In this document: positions 53,709 through 64,000 of the stretch, one piece after another
Position numbering within the stretch: position 1 is the first letter of the stretch
Layout: each line of letters starts with the position of its first letter
Assembly: GCA_030265395.1 (NCBI GenBank)
Contig: JARFYF010000050.1
Coordinates: forward strand, 16,623,813-16,687,812
Origin: Rhina ancylostomus
Taxonomy: Eukaryota
Direction: 5' to 3'
Length of the DNA: 64,000 nt
The notes under the pieces: model-generated
Databases searched by the model: none
What the model was told of the DNA's origin: nothing
The model's input: only the letters and a program-made list of their open reading frames with translations
Program-made: the position numbers and the translations under genes

Positions 53709-53985
53709 GATGTACAGCATAGAAATAGGCCCTTTGGCCCTTCACGTCTATGCTGACCATCATACCTTTGCTATACTCATCCCACTTGCTGGCATTAATT
53801 CCACATCCCTCTATACCTTGCTCATTGAAGTACCTGTCCAGATGCTTCTTAAATGTGTACCTGTTCCTGGCTCTGACATTTTTGTATTAAAAATGAATCC
53901 CTCTGATCTCCTTTAAACCTCAGTTCTCTTACCTTAAACCTATGCCCTCTAGTTTTAGGCAGCCTTACTATGGGAATCAAAGACT
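53709..53985 (-). mobile_element. CR1 3' end nested in the host CR1
   Basis: gtacagcatagaaataggccctttggcc is the reverse complement of the CR1/HE1 tail. Confidence 0.8.
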
Positions 53986-54117
53986 GAATTAGCAGTCACT
54001 TGGACAAGTAATTGATTATAGAGAAAGCCAGAATATCTTTTAAATTTATTCAAGTCTAAGCTGTTGATAAAGTAACATTGAGAGAAATATGGTTAGTGTG
54101 GTAAACATGGACCTTTT

Positions 54118-54460
54118 TATTATGTGAGCATTGCTGACAAGGCCAACATTTGTTGCCAATCCTTAGTCGTTCTGAAGAGTGATTGCTGGACCCTTTCAAA
54201 GTCAATCAGGTTGCTGTGGGTCTGGAGCCACATGCAGGCCAGGCCATGTAAGGGCAGTAGATTTCTCCCCCTGAAGGACATTAGTGAATCTGTTGGGTTT
54301 TTACAATAATCCAATACCTTTCTGGACATCATTGCTAGGCCTGACCAGTTTGTTTATAATTCCAAATTACTCATTGCATTTACATTTCACAGTTGATAAG
54401 GTAGATTTTTAGTGCAGATCTCTGGTTTAATTGTCCAGTAAGTCAACAACTGCGTCACTC
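54118..54460 (-). mobile_element. tRNA-derived SINE with a Meta-like central domain
   Basis: Minus strand ttcactaatgtccttcagggggagaaatctactgcccttacatggcctggcctgcatgtggctccagac; superfamily assignment from memory. Confidence 0.6.
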
Positions 54461-57265
54461 CAGACTTCAAAAAGCATTTGATAAGCCATTACAAATTAGG
54501 CTTGTCTCAAGACAATAGTATGGAATAAAAAGAGCTGGAGTAGCTTGGATAGAAGTTGGCTAGGTGACAGGAAACAGAGAATGACCATGAAATATTGCTT
54601 TCCTTTTTGGAGGTAAGTGTGCAATTGGATCCACCAGTCTACTGGACTTTTTTTAATANNNNNNNNNNNNNNNNNNNNNNNNNNNNNNNNNNNNNNNNNN
54701 NNNNNNNNNNNNNNNNNNNNNNNNNNNNNNNNNNNNNNNNNNNNNNNNNNNNNNNNNNTTTTAATATATAATAAATCTTTGGACCTTGGATTTGAGGACA
54801 TGAATTTCACATCAAATCACACCAAATTTGGAGGTGTAGAGACCTGGGAGACTAGTGATAGGAGATATAAACAAGCTGGTGGAATAGACTGAGAGGTGGC
54901 AGATGAAATTTAATGCTGAGAAAAAACATGTTACATTTTGGTAGAAAGAATGGCAAGAGCCGATATGCACAGGCAATGACGGGGGAACTATTCCGAAAGT
55001 GAGATATCTGACTGTAGACAAAAACGTAATGGATTGTTCTGAAACATTCCACAGGATGATGCCTGCACTGCTGAGTTTTTCGGCACTTCTTTTTATTTAA
55101 GATCTGAGGGTATCTGTGCATTGTTCCTTTAAACAGCAGAGCAGGTTAAGTAAGGGATTAAAGAAAGCATTAGGGATTTGGGGGATTATAAATAAAGGCA
55201 TGGAGGACAGGGGCAAGGAAGTCACAATGAGCTTTTATATAACACTAGTTTAGCCTCAATTGGAGTACTGTATTGTGTCCAGTGATTAGTAAAGAATGGC
55301 ATGTAGAAAAGTGAGATGAAAATGTTTTATATGGAGAGAGTGGTAGGGTCTGGAGAGCACTGCCAGGGGTAGTGGTGCAGGTAAATTCAATAGTAGCATT
55401 CAATAGGGAGCTGGCTAGTACTGGAATGGAAAGGGTTTGCAGGATTATGAGGCCAGGGCTGGAGCCTGAGACTAGTTAGATTCTCTTCCATAGAGCTGCC
55501 ATGCACTCAATGAGCCAAATGGCCTCCCATGCTTTAACCAATCTACAATTGTGGAAAAGTTGCAATATAAATCTTCTGCCTCTGAACGGCACTATCCAAT
55601 TGATGAGGTTTAGAAAATGGGGCATGGTAGCTTGGCCTTGAATGCAAATGGAAATGAGAAACAAAGCCCCACAGCTGAGCAAATGATTTAAGCAGATGAT
55701 TATGGCATCTTAATCCCTAAATTCCAATTTGTGCATTATAAAACAGGTAACTGTAACTTTATCTGACTAGGGCTTATATCAGATGAGACATTTAAGTGAT
55801 TTTTATTATCCTGTTAAATACTGGCTTAGAATTTGTCTTCAGATTTATTTCTTTTTCTTTATTTGGAAAATTAAAAGTCTGTCTCAAGATCATCTATTTG
55901 GAAAATTTTCCAGAAATGTTAGATGCTCTCATAACTTTTCACAAGGGGCTACTTCATGCTCATTTATTTGTTGTGGAGCAGCAGACAACGAAAAACCAGA
56001 CTTGTGAAGTACCACTGGAGAAGATTTAATCCTCCTATACATAACCAACCAAAAGCAGGTTCAGATGGAGAACATCCCTCAGCAATGTCCATGCAGTTAT
56101 GTCAAAAAGCTTGCATGTTTTGTGAACAACCACTCCCTCCAGCAGACTCAGAATTGGAGAGAAAACCTCCCCTGATTAGATCTCAAAGATGGTATTGGAT
56201 ATCTACTTACACTGCCATCTACCTCACATCTTCCAAGTCTCTGCAGCACCTTAACATGGTTGCGATTCTTTGAAAGCATTTTTCACTGTATCTTTTCCAT
56301 CCTTTTTGTGGACTGTAAAAGGTCCCATGTCAATTCTTCATCCATCTATATCATCCAGACTTAATATACTTCCGCTACTCCCATTTACTCGATCAATCAT
56401 CAAGTGAACAGTTGCTTTACTGTTCCTGATGCTGTCCTGTGGCCTTTCTCAGGAATCATGTCCTGTTTTTTTTAGATGGAACAATAGAACATTAAAATTG
56501 TGTCAAAGAATGCTGCTTTCAAATCCTCGTGAAATTCCCACTTGAAGAATGTGGCTTCATGAGGCATATACGTACTGTAGATAATGCATTCCAGGGAGGT
56601 CAAACTGATATCACACGATGGGTGATGGGTCACATTCAGCACCAGTTGCTTGGGGATGGTGGCCTCCAATAGATATTAACATTCGTCTCAATTACTTTTT
56701 TGGTGTGATCAGGGCAGCCAGGTTGTGGGATATATGTACAGCTGAATCAGGAGAAATGGTGTTTACAGATAAGCCTTTGTACAGAAGAATGTTCTGCTGT
56801 ATTTAGTCTGGGCACTCGAATCAGTTCTGCAGATGCATTTAATAGTTGAATGAATACTACTTTCATGAAACATTCTTAAAATAAACATCAACTTATAGAT
56901 CTCTGAAAGAATATAATTTAATAGGCAAACAATCACAAAACTTACAAAGGCAGAAAGCCAGGTCCAGCAGCAATTTGTCTACAAGATATATTGAGTCTTA
57001 ATCTATTTAATTCTCAAACAAAAACCCATTATTCCAAACAATTCAGACTGCCATTGTTAAAGACTAAAATGAGGAGGAGTGGTGGGAACTCTGAAGTCAT
57101 CCAAGTTCAGTACCTTGGGTCCAGCATCAGTTTCATCATATCCCTTCCAAGTGCAGAAACACCAGATACAAAGTGGTTACATGTTTAATTTTGCACCAGC
57201 TTTCACATAAAAATCCAAAACGAACAAAGCCAAGACAATTGAAAAAATTGTGTTTGAGTTCATTC

Positions 57266-57340
57266 TTTATTAGAATGCTTAATTAGAATGGATAGTGATG
57301 TTCAGATATTCCAGATGACAGGCTGGAGACTCCTTTTATT
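57266..57340 (-). terminator. NDUFAF8 poly(A) signals
   Basis: AATAAA on the minus strand at 57335-57340 and 57266-57271, just downstream of the stop codon. Confidence 0.7.
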
Positions 57341-57384
57341 CAGCAATATTCTTAAGACCTCTTTTCTGATCTCAGGATTGCTTC

Positions 57385-57402
57385 TTACCAAGCTTTCTTG
57401 GC
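57385..57402 (-). CDS. NDUFAF8: NDUFAF8 exon 3 (terminal, AKKAW*)
   Basis: Minus-strand ctttatttcccttag|GCC AAG AAA GCT TGG TAA, cf. human AKKTL; total 69 aa; poly(A) signals follow. Confidence 0.88.
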   Translation of the reverse strand, partial: AKKAW

Positions 57403-57804
57403 CTAAGGGAAATAAAGTGAAATTGTACATTACTGTTACACAAAATATAAATGAAACATTGAAAGAGTGTGCAACATAGTGCAAGAAGCAGTGATAGGAG
57501 CCAAATGAACATGTGTCAGTGATCCCCAATCATCGAAAGCACAAATTTACAATCACAATGAATCCTGCATGGTGGAAAAGGATGGAGACATCAGAAGACA
57601 GGATATTCCGGCTGCTATCAGTGAGAGGCAGAAGTCTGCAAGTGTTAAAGAACCTCGACACTGGCTGTTCTATTTTAAGTGGGTCATGAAAAAAATGGGA
57701 CTTCTTGAAAATTGTTTTGTTGCAATGGTTGTTCCAAAGTCTCAGCATTAGCCTGACTGGAGTTTTCAACAAAACAAAAAGTGGCAAAATGATTAAGTTG
57801 AATG

Positions 57805-58231
57805 GTACGAGAGGACTGGAGGGTGGCAAATGTTGTCTCCATATTCAAAAAAGCTAGTAGGGATAGTCCAGGGAATTATAGACCAGTGAGCTTTACATCT
57901 GTGGTGGGCAAGCTATTGGAAAGGATTCTTAGAATCTAGGATCTATGAGCATTTAGAGAATCATGGTCTGATCAGGGACAGCCAGCACAGCTTTGTGAAG
58001 GGCAGATCATGTCTTACAAGCCTGAGAAGGTGACCAGACAGATTGATGAGGGTAGTGAGGTAGATGTGGTCTACATGGATTTTAGTAAAGCATTTGACAA
58101 GGTTCCACATGGTAGGCTTCTTCAGAAGGTCAGAGGGTATGGGATCCATGGAACCTTGGCCGTGTGGATTCAGAATTGGCTTGCCTGTAGAAAGCAGAGG
58201 GTTGTGGTGGAGGGAGTGCATTCAGATTGGA
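57805..58231 (+). mobile_element. Relatively young CR1 RT fragment
   Basis: PGNYRPVSFTSVVGKLLE, SQHSFVKGRSCLT, VDVVYMDFSKAFDKVPHGRL, WIQNWLACRKQRVVV. Confidence 0.93.
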
Positions 58232-58331
58232 NNNNNNNNNNNNNNNNNNNNNNNNNNNNNNNNNNNNNNNNNNNNNNNNNNNNNNNNNNNNNNNNNNNNN
58301 NNNNNNNNNNNNNNNNNNNNNNNNNNNNNNN

Positions 58332-58945
58332 GAAGAGCATAGGTGTAGGCCACTCAGCCCCTCAAGCCTGTCCTGCCATTCAATATGATCATGGTTGATC
58401 TGCCCCAGGTCCCATCTCCTCTTCTGTGTCAGTTCCCATAGCCCGCAATTCCATGATCTTTCTACAATGTAACTGCTTCTTCTGATGATTAGCTTCCATA
58501 ACCCTCTGAAGTAGAGAATTTTTGAGATTACCCACCAGCTGTGAGGAGTTCCTCTACATCTCATTTTTAATTGGCTGCCCATAATCTTGTAACTATGCCT
58601 CCTTGTTTGAGATTCTTCCACTAGTGGAAGGAATCTCAACCTCTATCCTATTTCTCTTATGTATTTCAATAAGAAATATAAATTTCTTTAACCAGTCATG
58701 ATAGGAATTAGCTTTGTTAATTTATTTTGGACTGCCTCCAATGACAGTAAATCCTTTCTAAATAAGGGTCCAAAACTGTGCACAGTATTTCAGGTGTAGC
58801 CTCACCATTACCCAGAACAATTGTAATAATACTTGCCTCTTTCTAAACTCTAATCCTCTTGCAATAAAAAAAATGCCACTTGCCTTTCTAACCACTCACT
58901 GCACCCACTGGCTAATGTTTTAACCAGTTGTGCACAAGAACATCT
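58332..58945 (-). mobile_element. CR1 3' portion
   Basis: ggtgtaggccactcagcccctcaagcctg tail; the minus strand encodes RLHLKYCAQFWTPYL. Confidence 0.85.
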
Positions 58946-59106
58946 AGAAAATGGCACCATTGTGAAAGATCAGCTGTGACCTTGATGAATGGTGGAGCAG
59001 ACTCGAGGCATCATAGGGTCTATTGCTGCACTTAATTCTCTTGTTCTTAAAAATTTAATTTTGCATTAGTTTTCCCAAAAACATGCAGGTGCTAATAAAA
59101 ACTTAC

Positions 59107-59217
59107 ATTTAATGTAAAGCATTTCTTTAAGGCCTGAAACTCTTTGGCACACATGTTCTTTCTGAGATCCTGACTCCCTTGAGCATTTGCAGCCACACAT
59201 CTTCCATATGCTGATGC
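59107..59217 (-). CDS. NDUFAF8: NDUFAF8 exon 2
   Basis: Pyrimidine tract plus aag acceptor and AAT|GTAAGT donor; 111 nt. ASAYGRCVAANAQGSQDLRKNMCAKEFQALKKCFTLN completes two CX9C motifs (C-AEEASAYGR-C and C-AKEFQALKK-C). Confidence 0.96.
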
Positions 59218-60389
59218 CTTTAAATCAAGAAAAGGGAGATGGAATGAGCAGATATACTGTAGAAAATGAGAAATCACTGTGGAAGGAGAGCTGTTATTAA
59301 TACAACTGCACAAATGTTAAAAATCGAAAGTGATGAACACACAAAGGATAAGTCAGTCAACAACTATAATGAGCAGGTTTTAGATGTAGAACTGCAGAAT
59401 GGAAAAATAGCAACATCGTAGTGTGAAAGAAAGAAAACAGGAGGCAACAGCAGATAATCACAGAGGCTTATCTAAATCATGGGATGAACTTCAAAAATTG
59501 TGGCCGAGTTGTGGACAAAGCAGGTAAAATTGTGGAGAAGTAATTAACTGCAGTAATTTGCAACAGTCAGTTGGCGTAAATGTATCAGGGGTGGGGGGAA
59601 GCTCAAGTTACATCAACAAATATGCAGTCTTTTAAAACACTTAACTCATGCCATTAAATCATATTTGCAGAGTGTTTTATCTGAAGAATTAACATATTTT
59701 CCCCAATACACTTTCCTTGGTTTAGTTCACAAGTGGTGTTAAAAAAAACAGCTAGTTTTGAAGTCTGGGATTGGGTGGGCAGATGGCAAGCATCAGAGGC
59801 ATCTAAGATGGAAGCCAGAAATCCAGAAAGTGAGAGCAGGTTTGAAAATCCATAACATTGTAGTTAGGCCTAATATTGATTGGTAATCACAGAGGGAATT
59901 AATGGGTTGAATAACTTCAGAATGAAATAAAAGATACCATTAAAGATACCACTTAAGAAACTATGTGTCACTGAGAGGGCAAAATACAGTGGAAGAACTA
60001 GACCACATAGGAAATGATAAAAATAAAACTAAGGGTTCTGAAAAAAGAACCGAAAGTGTTGGAAATACAAAAATTATCACCCATCCCGACAAGAGAAATA
60101 CTGTTTAACACATGATTGCTTAAGCTATTTTGACACTGAGTAACATGTAGCACCTTTTATTTATTGGAAGTTTAATTATTTTAGTGTCTCATTAACTTGC
60201 TGTCCAGTAATTAAATCTAGGGAGTCCTCCATGCATTCACCTTAGGCTGTTTCCACTGCCTCATCATTATTATCAACGACCCAGCCTCATTGCCTTGAGG
60301 TTCAGCAGTGATCCAACCAAGCTCTCTCACTCTCAACCCTGCCACCATCTCTATGCTGTCAGGCTGTCTTTTTAATGTTGATTCGTAAA

Positions 60390-61225
60390 TCACAGAGCCC
60401 AGAAACAGGCCTTTCACCCACTGTGTCCGTGCTGACCATCAATTACCCATCGACACTAATCCTAATTAACAGCACATACTTTCTATGCCTTGGCAATTCA
60501 AGTGCTCATCTGGATACTTCTTAAATGTTGTGAAAGTACCAGCATCCACTTTCCACTGAAGCAGTGCATTCCAGATCCTAACACTCACTGGGTAACAAGG
60601 TTCTTCCTCAGATCCCTGTAAACCTTTTCCTCCTCATCGTAAAACTATGTTCTCAATTTTTGTATGCATTAATCAGATCACCACCACACACCCCACCCCT
60701 TACTCCAAGGAAAAACAATCTCAGCCTATCCAATCTCACCTCACAAGTGAAACACTTTATCCCAGGCAACATCCGAGTGAATCTCCTCTGCACCTTCTAC
60801 AGTCCAATCACATCCTTCCTACAGTGTGGTTAATAGAACTGCATGCAGTATTCTAGCTGCGGCTTAACCAATGTTTTGTAAAACTGTACTATAAACTTTC
60901 TGATCTTTTAGTGTCCTAATAAAAGTTAGTATGCCATATACCTTCTTTACTGCCTTATCTGCTGTGCTGCTGCCTTCAGAAATCCTTGGTCACATTCCTC
61001 CCAAAGGGCCCCATCATTCATTGCGTATGTCTTACCCTTATTAGTCCTTCCAAAATGCATATTGCACTTATCAGGATTAAGTTCTATCTGCCTTTTTTTT
61101 GTCCATTTTACCAGATTAGCCTGCTCACTGTCAACTCCACCACTAATTTTTGTCTTTTGCAAATTTACTAATCTCACTTCCAACATCCATATCTGAATGT
61201 GTTGTATTTTTCTCCAACTGATATT
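60390..61225 (-). mobile_element. CR1 RT to 3' end
   Basis: Minus strand TKISGGVDSE, WxxxxQIELNPDKC and LEYCMQF; tail at 60395. Confidence 0.85.
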
Positions 61226-61267
61226 CGCAAAAGAGCAGGAGTTATCCATTTCATTTTTTTTTCCATT

Positions 61268-61840
61268 TATGAGATCTGGCAGTGCTAGCAAGACCAACAT
61301 TTATTGTCCATCCCCAGGTGACCTTGNNNNNNNNNNNNNNNNNNNNNNNNNNNNNNNNNNNNNNNNNNNNNNNNNNNNNNNNNNNNNNNNNNNNNNNNNN
61401 NNNNNNNNNNNNNNNNNNNNNNNNNNAGAAGGTCCAGAGAAAATTTATTTTCAGGTTAGGTGTCTGACGTGCAGGAGAACCTGCAGGTGGCAGTATTCCC
61501 ATGAGCTGCTGCCCTTGATTTTGCAGACCTGCTGCCCTTGATTTTGCAGACAGTAGAGGCGCCGTCACAGTAGCCTCCGTGAACAACTCCAGTCCAGCTT
61601 GTAGACAGTACGCATGGTTTGTACCCCTCCATCCTCATTCGGAAATGCATTGCTGTTCCTTTATTGCTGCTGGGATCTAAATCCGAGAACCCCCCCCCCC
61701 AACAGCACTGTGGGGGACCTTCACCAGGAGGGCTGCAGCAGTTCAAAGTGGCAGCTCACCACCACATACTGAAGGACAATCGGAGAAGGGGCAAGAAATG
61801 CTGGCCTTGCCAGCGACGCCCAGATCCAGAAAAATGAACG
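61268..61840. mobile_element. Two oppositely oriented 3' ends of one CR1/L2-group LINE family
   Basis: gagatctggcagtgctagcaagaccaacattt (61271) is inverted relative to aaatgctggccttgccagcgacgcccagatcc (61796). Contains a 23-bp tandem duplication at 61506-61551. Confidence 0.65.
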
Positions 61841-62315
61841 ACTGAAAAAAAAGTCCTGATGCAGGGTTTCGACTATTCCTTTCCTCCCACAGATGCTGCT
61901 CGACCCGCTCCAGCATATTGCCTGTTGCTCCAGATTCCAGCATCTTTAGTGTCTCATGTCTCAATTAAAAAACAGTCATCTCAGTCATCCTCCCACCCTA
62001 CCCTCACCCTATGTCTCCCTGCTGCCTCAGTTTTCTGCTATCCACTAACGGAAACTGTTGAGAATGTTTCTCAATTAAGGCTAGCCTCATAAATTCACCT
62101 CCATTCTGTGCCTATAACACAATGACATTCAAGCCATTATTTTAACCAATTGACCGACAACATTCCCAGTCNNNNNNNNNNNNNNNNNNNNNNNNNNNNN
62201 NNNNNNNNNNNNNNNNNNNNNNNNNNNNNNNNNNNNNNNNNNNNNNNNNNNNNNNNNNNNNNNNNNNNNNNCCCAAACAATCTGGTGCAGCTGAATAAAT
62301 ACAACGTTCACCCAC

Positions 62316-62396
62316 TTCTTCAGCGCACGCCGCCACGAACTGCGGGAACCTCCTGAGCCTCTCCCTGGTGCGGATCCACACCTCATTTCCCGCCAT
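62316..62396 (-). CDS. NDUFAF8: NDUFAF8 exon 1 (complex I assembly factor, twin CX9C)
   Basis: acgATGg Kozak context; MAGNEVWIRTRERLRRFPQFVAACAEE, cf. human MSANGAVWGRVRSRLRAFPERLAACGAE; donor GAA|GTGGGT, phase 0. Confidence 0.95.
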
Positions 62397-62860
62397 CGTC
62401 CCGAACTGAAGCGAGGGATGTACCCTCCAGCCACCGGCCGTCACGGAGGGGCCATGCCGCGGCCACCGAGCGGCGCGGCGGAATGACGACCTTCCTCCTC
62501 CCACGAAGCCCGCCCTCCGCCGGCGGCTGATTGGCGGGGTGCGTCATGGCGTGTGGTGGGAGGGGACTCTGCGGGCAGCCGATTGGACCAGCGACATGTC
62601 AGTCGGAGGGTGACGTGCGGCCGGGGTGGAGGTGATGGCAACGGTCGGCGAGAAGCTGGCGTTTCTGCAGAGGGTGAGTGGTGGGGGTGACTTCCAGACG
62701 GAGGGGTCCTGGTTGTAGCGTGGGGTCCGACTGCCAGTGACGGAGGGCTGGGAACGGCTGGCTGCCGGCCGCCGCCCCCACTGGGAGGAGCGAGGATGCA
62801 GCCTCTGGGTGACCGGGGGAAGCGCCTTGGCTCCCACCGACCCTTCTGCGGTGGGTCAAG
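62320..62860. promoter_or_regulatory. CpG island / bidirectional promoter of NDUFAF8 and TEPSIN
   Basis: The only GC- and CpG-rich tract in the window; the ATGs are 238 bp apart. ATTGG (CCAAT boxes) at 62530 and 62582, GC box GGCGGGG at 62533, YY1-like CATGGCG at ~62545, CRE-like TGACGT at 62611. Confidence 0.9.
62635..62673 (+). CDS. TEPSIN: TEPSIN (ENTHD2, AP-4 accessory protein) first coding exon
   Basis: gtgATGg Kozak context; MATVGEKLAFLQR then AGG|GTGAGT, cf. human ...LRDRLSFLHR. Head-to-head with NDUFAF8 as in human. The rest of the gene is outside the window. Confidence 0.85.
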
Positions 62861-63055
62861 TACTGCAACCCATTCATGCATGGCAAGATCCCACAGTCAC
62901 GGCCAGGTCAATGTGTTCTGTCACTTGAACATCTTATCCTGGATTCCGACATCACTGAGCACCAGGCTAACACCCAATATGGGAGACACCATATAGGAGA
63001 TACAAGAGACACAATATAGGAGATACAAGAGACACAATAGAGGATGCACGGTATG

Positions 63056-63345
63056 GGAGACACAAGGAGACTGCAGATGTTGGAATCTGGAACAACAAAC
63101 TATCTGCTGGAGGAACTCAGCAGGCCAGGCAGTATCTGTGGGAGGAAAGGAATTCTCCACATTCCAACATCTGAGGTCTCTTGTGTCTCCATTGTACTGC
63201 TCCACTGTGAAGTCTCTTCAAGGTATGCCAATTCTGAAGTTTTCCTTCAGCCCTGAATGCAGGGTTTCGATGTGAGACATCGACAATTCCTTTCCTCCCA
63301 CAGATGCTGCTCAACAAGCTGAGTTCCTCCAGCAGATTGTTTGTA
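63056..63345. mobile_element. Penelope-type inverted termini cluster
   Basis: ggagacacaaggagactgcagatgttggaat pairs with attccaacatctgaggtctcttgtgtctcc; 63095-63155 is inverted to 63285-63345. Confidence 0.7.
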
Positions 63346-63349
63346 ACAT

Positions 63350-63705
63350 CCAACATAGTTTTATTGACCAGAGTTCTGAGCCATTGATTCTGAGATACAA
63401 ATTTGAAAACTACCGTGATAACTGGAGAATTTAAATTCAAGTATTTCAATAATTCTAGTATTTAAATAAAGGCTAGACTCAGTAGCAACAATCACAAACT
63501 TACTTGATTGTTGTAAAACCCTGTTTGGCTGACATGTGTTTGGCTGACATGTTGTTTGGCAAAGGGAATTTGTTGTCCTTCTCTAATTTAGGTTTTCTGT
63601 GACTGCAGAGCCACGTATGAACCTTAATTCCCTCTTTGCAATTATGGGCAGACAATAAATGTCTCAGTTACCAATATTGTCCACATCCTGTGAATGAATA
63701 AAATA
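63350..63705 (+). mobile_element. Decayed Meta-like SINE
   Basis: Colinear with the reverse complement of 54118-54460; ends cacatcctgtgaatgaataaa. Confidence 0.55.
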
Positions 63706-64000
63706 ATGGTGGGGGAGTGTGGTTAGAGCAAAATCATGACCGCTAGTAATTATCTCAAAATATTGTAACATTAAGGATAGGTATGAGTGTCTTTCCTGAA
63801 GTTGGCGGATTTAAATTCCTCTGCATGTTCCTGCCCAGCTGTTTGAAATCATCCAATGTGATCTTTTGTATCCACCTGCGAAGGCAGAACATTTAATATC
63901 TATTCTGAAAGATGGAATGTGCCAGTTCTATCATTCCCACAATCCTCCACTAGAATATCAGCTGGCATTTTTGAGCTCCTATCTCTGTAGTGGGACAAAT

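Larger units (their letters stand above)
53445..55545 (+). mobile_element. CR1 LINE ORF2 with nested insertions
   Basis: DKxPGPDGIH, ANVTPxF, NYKPVSLTSVxGK, DFxKAFDK and YITLVxPQLEYC motifs; interrupted at ~53705-53985 and ~54115-54460. Confidence 0.88.

Noticed and set aside
56060-57230. Possible coding sequence downstream of NDUFAF8
   Set aside because: Fragmentary and frameshifted; looks like old LINE remnants, and the family cannot be assigned.
62142-62886. Several long overlapping ORFs in the CpG island, including an N-terminal extension of NDUFAF8
   Set aside because: Stop-codon scarcity in GC-rich DNA; homology starts at the ATG at 62396.
1-64000. CRISPR arrays, prokaryotic systems, endogenous viral ORFs, rRNA
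   Set aside because: None seen; all long ORFs are explained by host exons, LINE RT, gaps or chance.

Overview
Vertebrate genomic DNA (AT-rich, spliced genes, many N gaps). The repeats (HE1/V-type SINEs, Deu- and Meta-like SINE relics, CR1/HER1 and RTE LINEs, Penelope-type hairpins) point to a cartilaginous fish, probably a batoid. Three genes are recognisable, in the same neighbourhood as human 17q25.3. (1) The 3' part of SLC38A10 on + has six coding exons: 5157-5310, 40102-40257, 41571-42044, 44258-44386, 45932-46099 and 46594-47786, with a ~34.8 kb intron after the first. (2) A complete 3-exon NDUFAF8 (C17orf89) on - encodes a 69 aa twin CX9C protein. (3) The first coding exon of TEPSIN (ENTHD2) on + shares a CpG-island bidirectional promoter with NDUFAF8. 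Most ORFs in the supplied track are chance or TE-derived. I found no demonstrably new system. The best leads are a furin-type RRKKR site that would release a conserved 66-aa C-terminal peptide from SLC38A10, isoform switches that would remove it, a candidate cryptic exon/sORF at 28.9 kb, hammerhead-like Penelope hairpins, a bipartite RTE-tailed element and several motif clusters. Homology calls rest on recalled sequences, not on searches, and TE boundaries are approximate.
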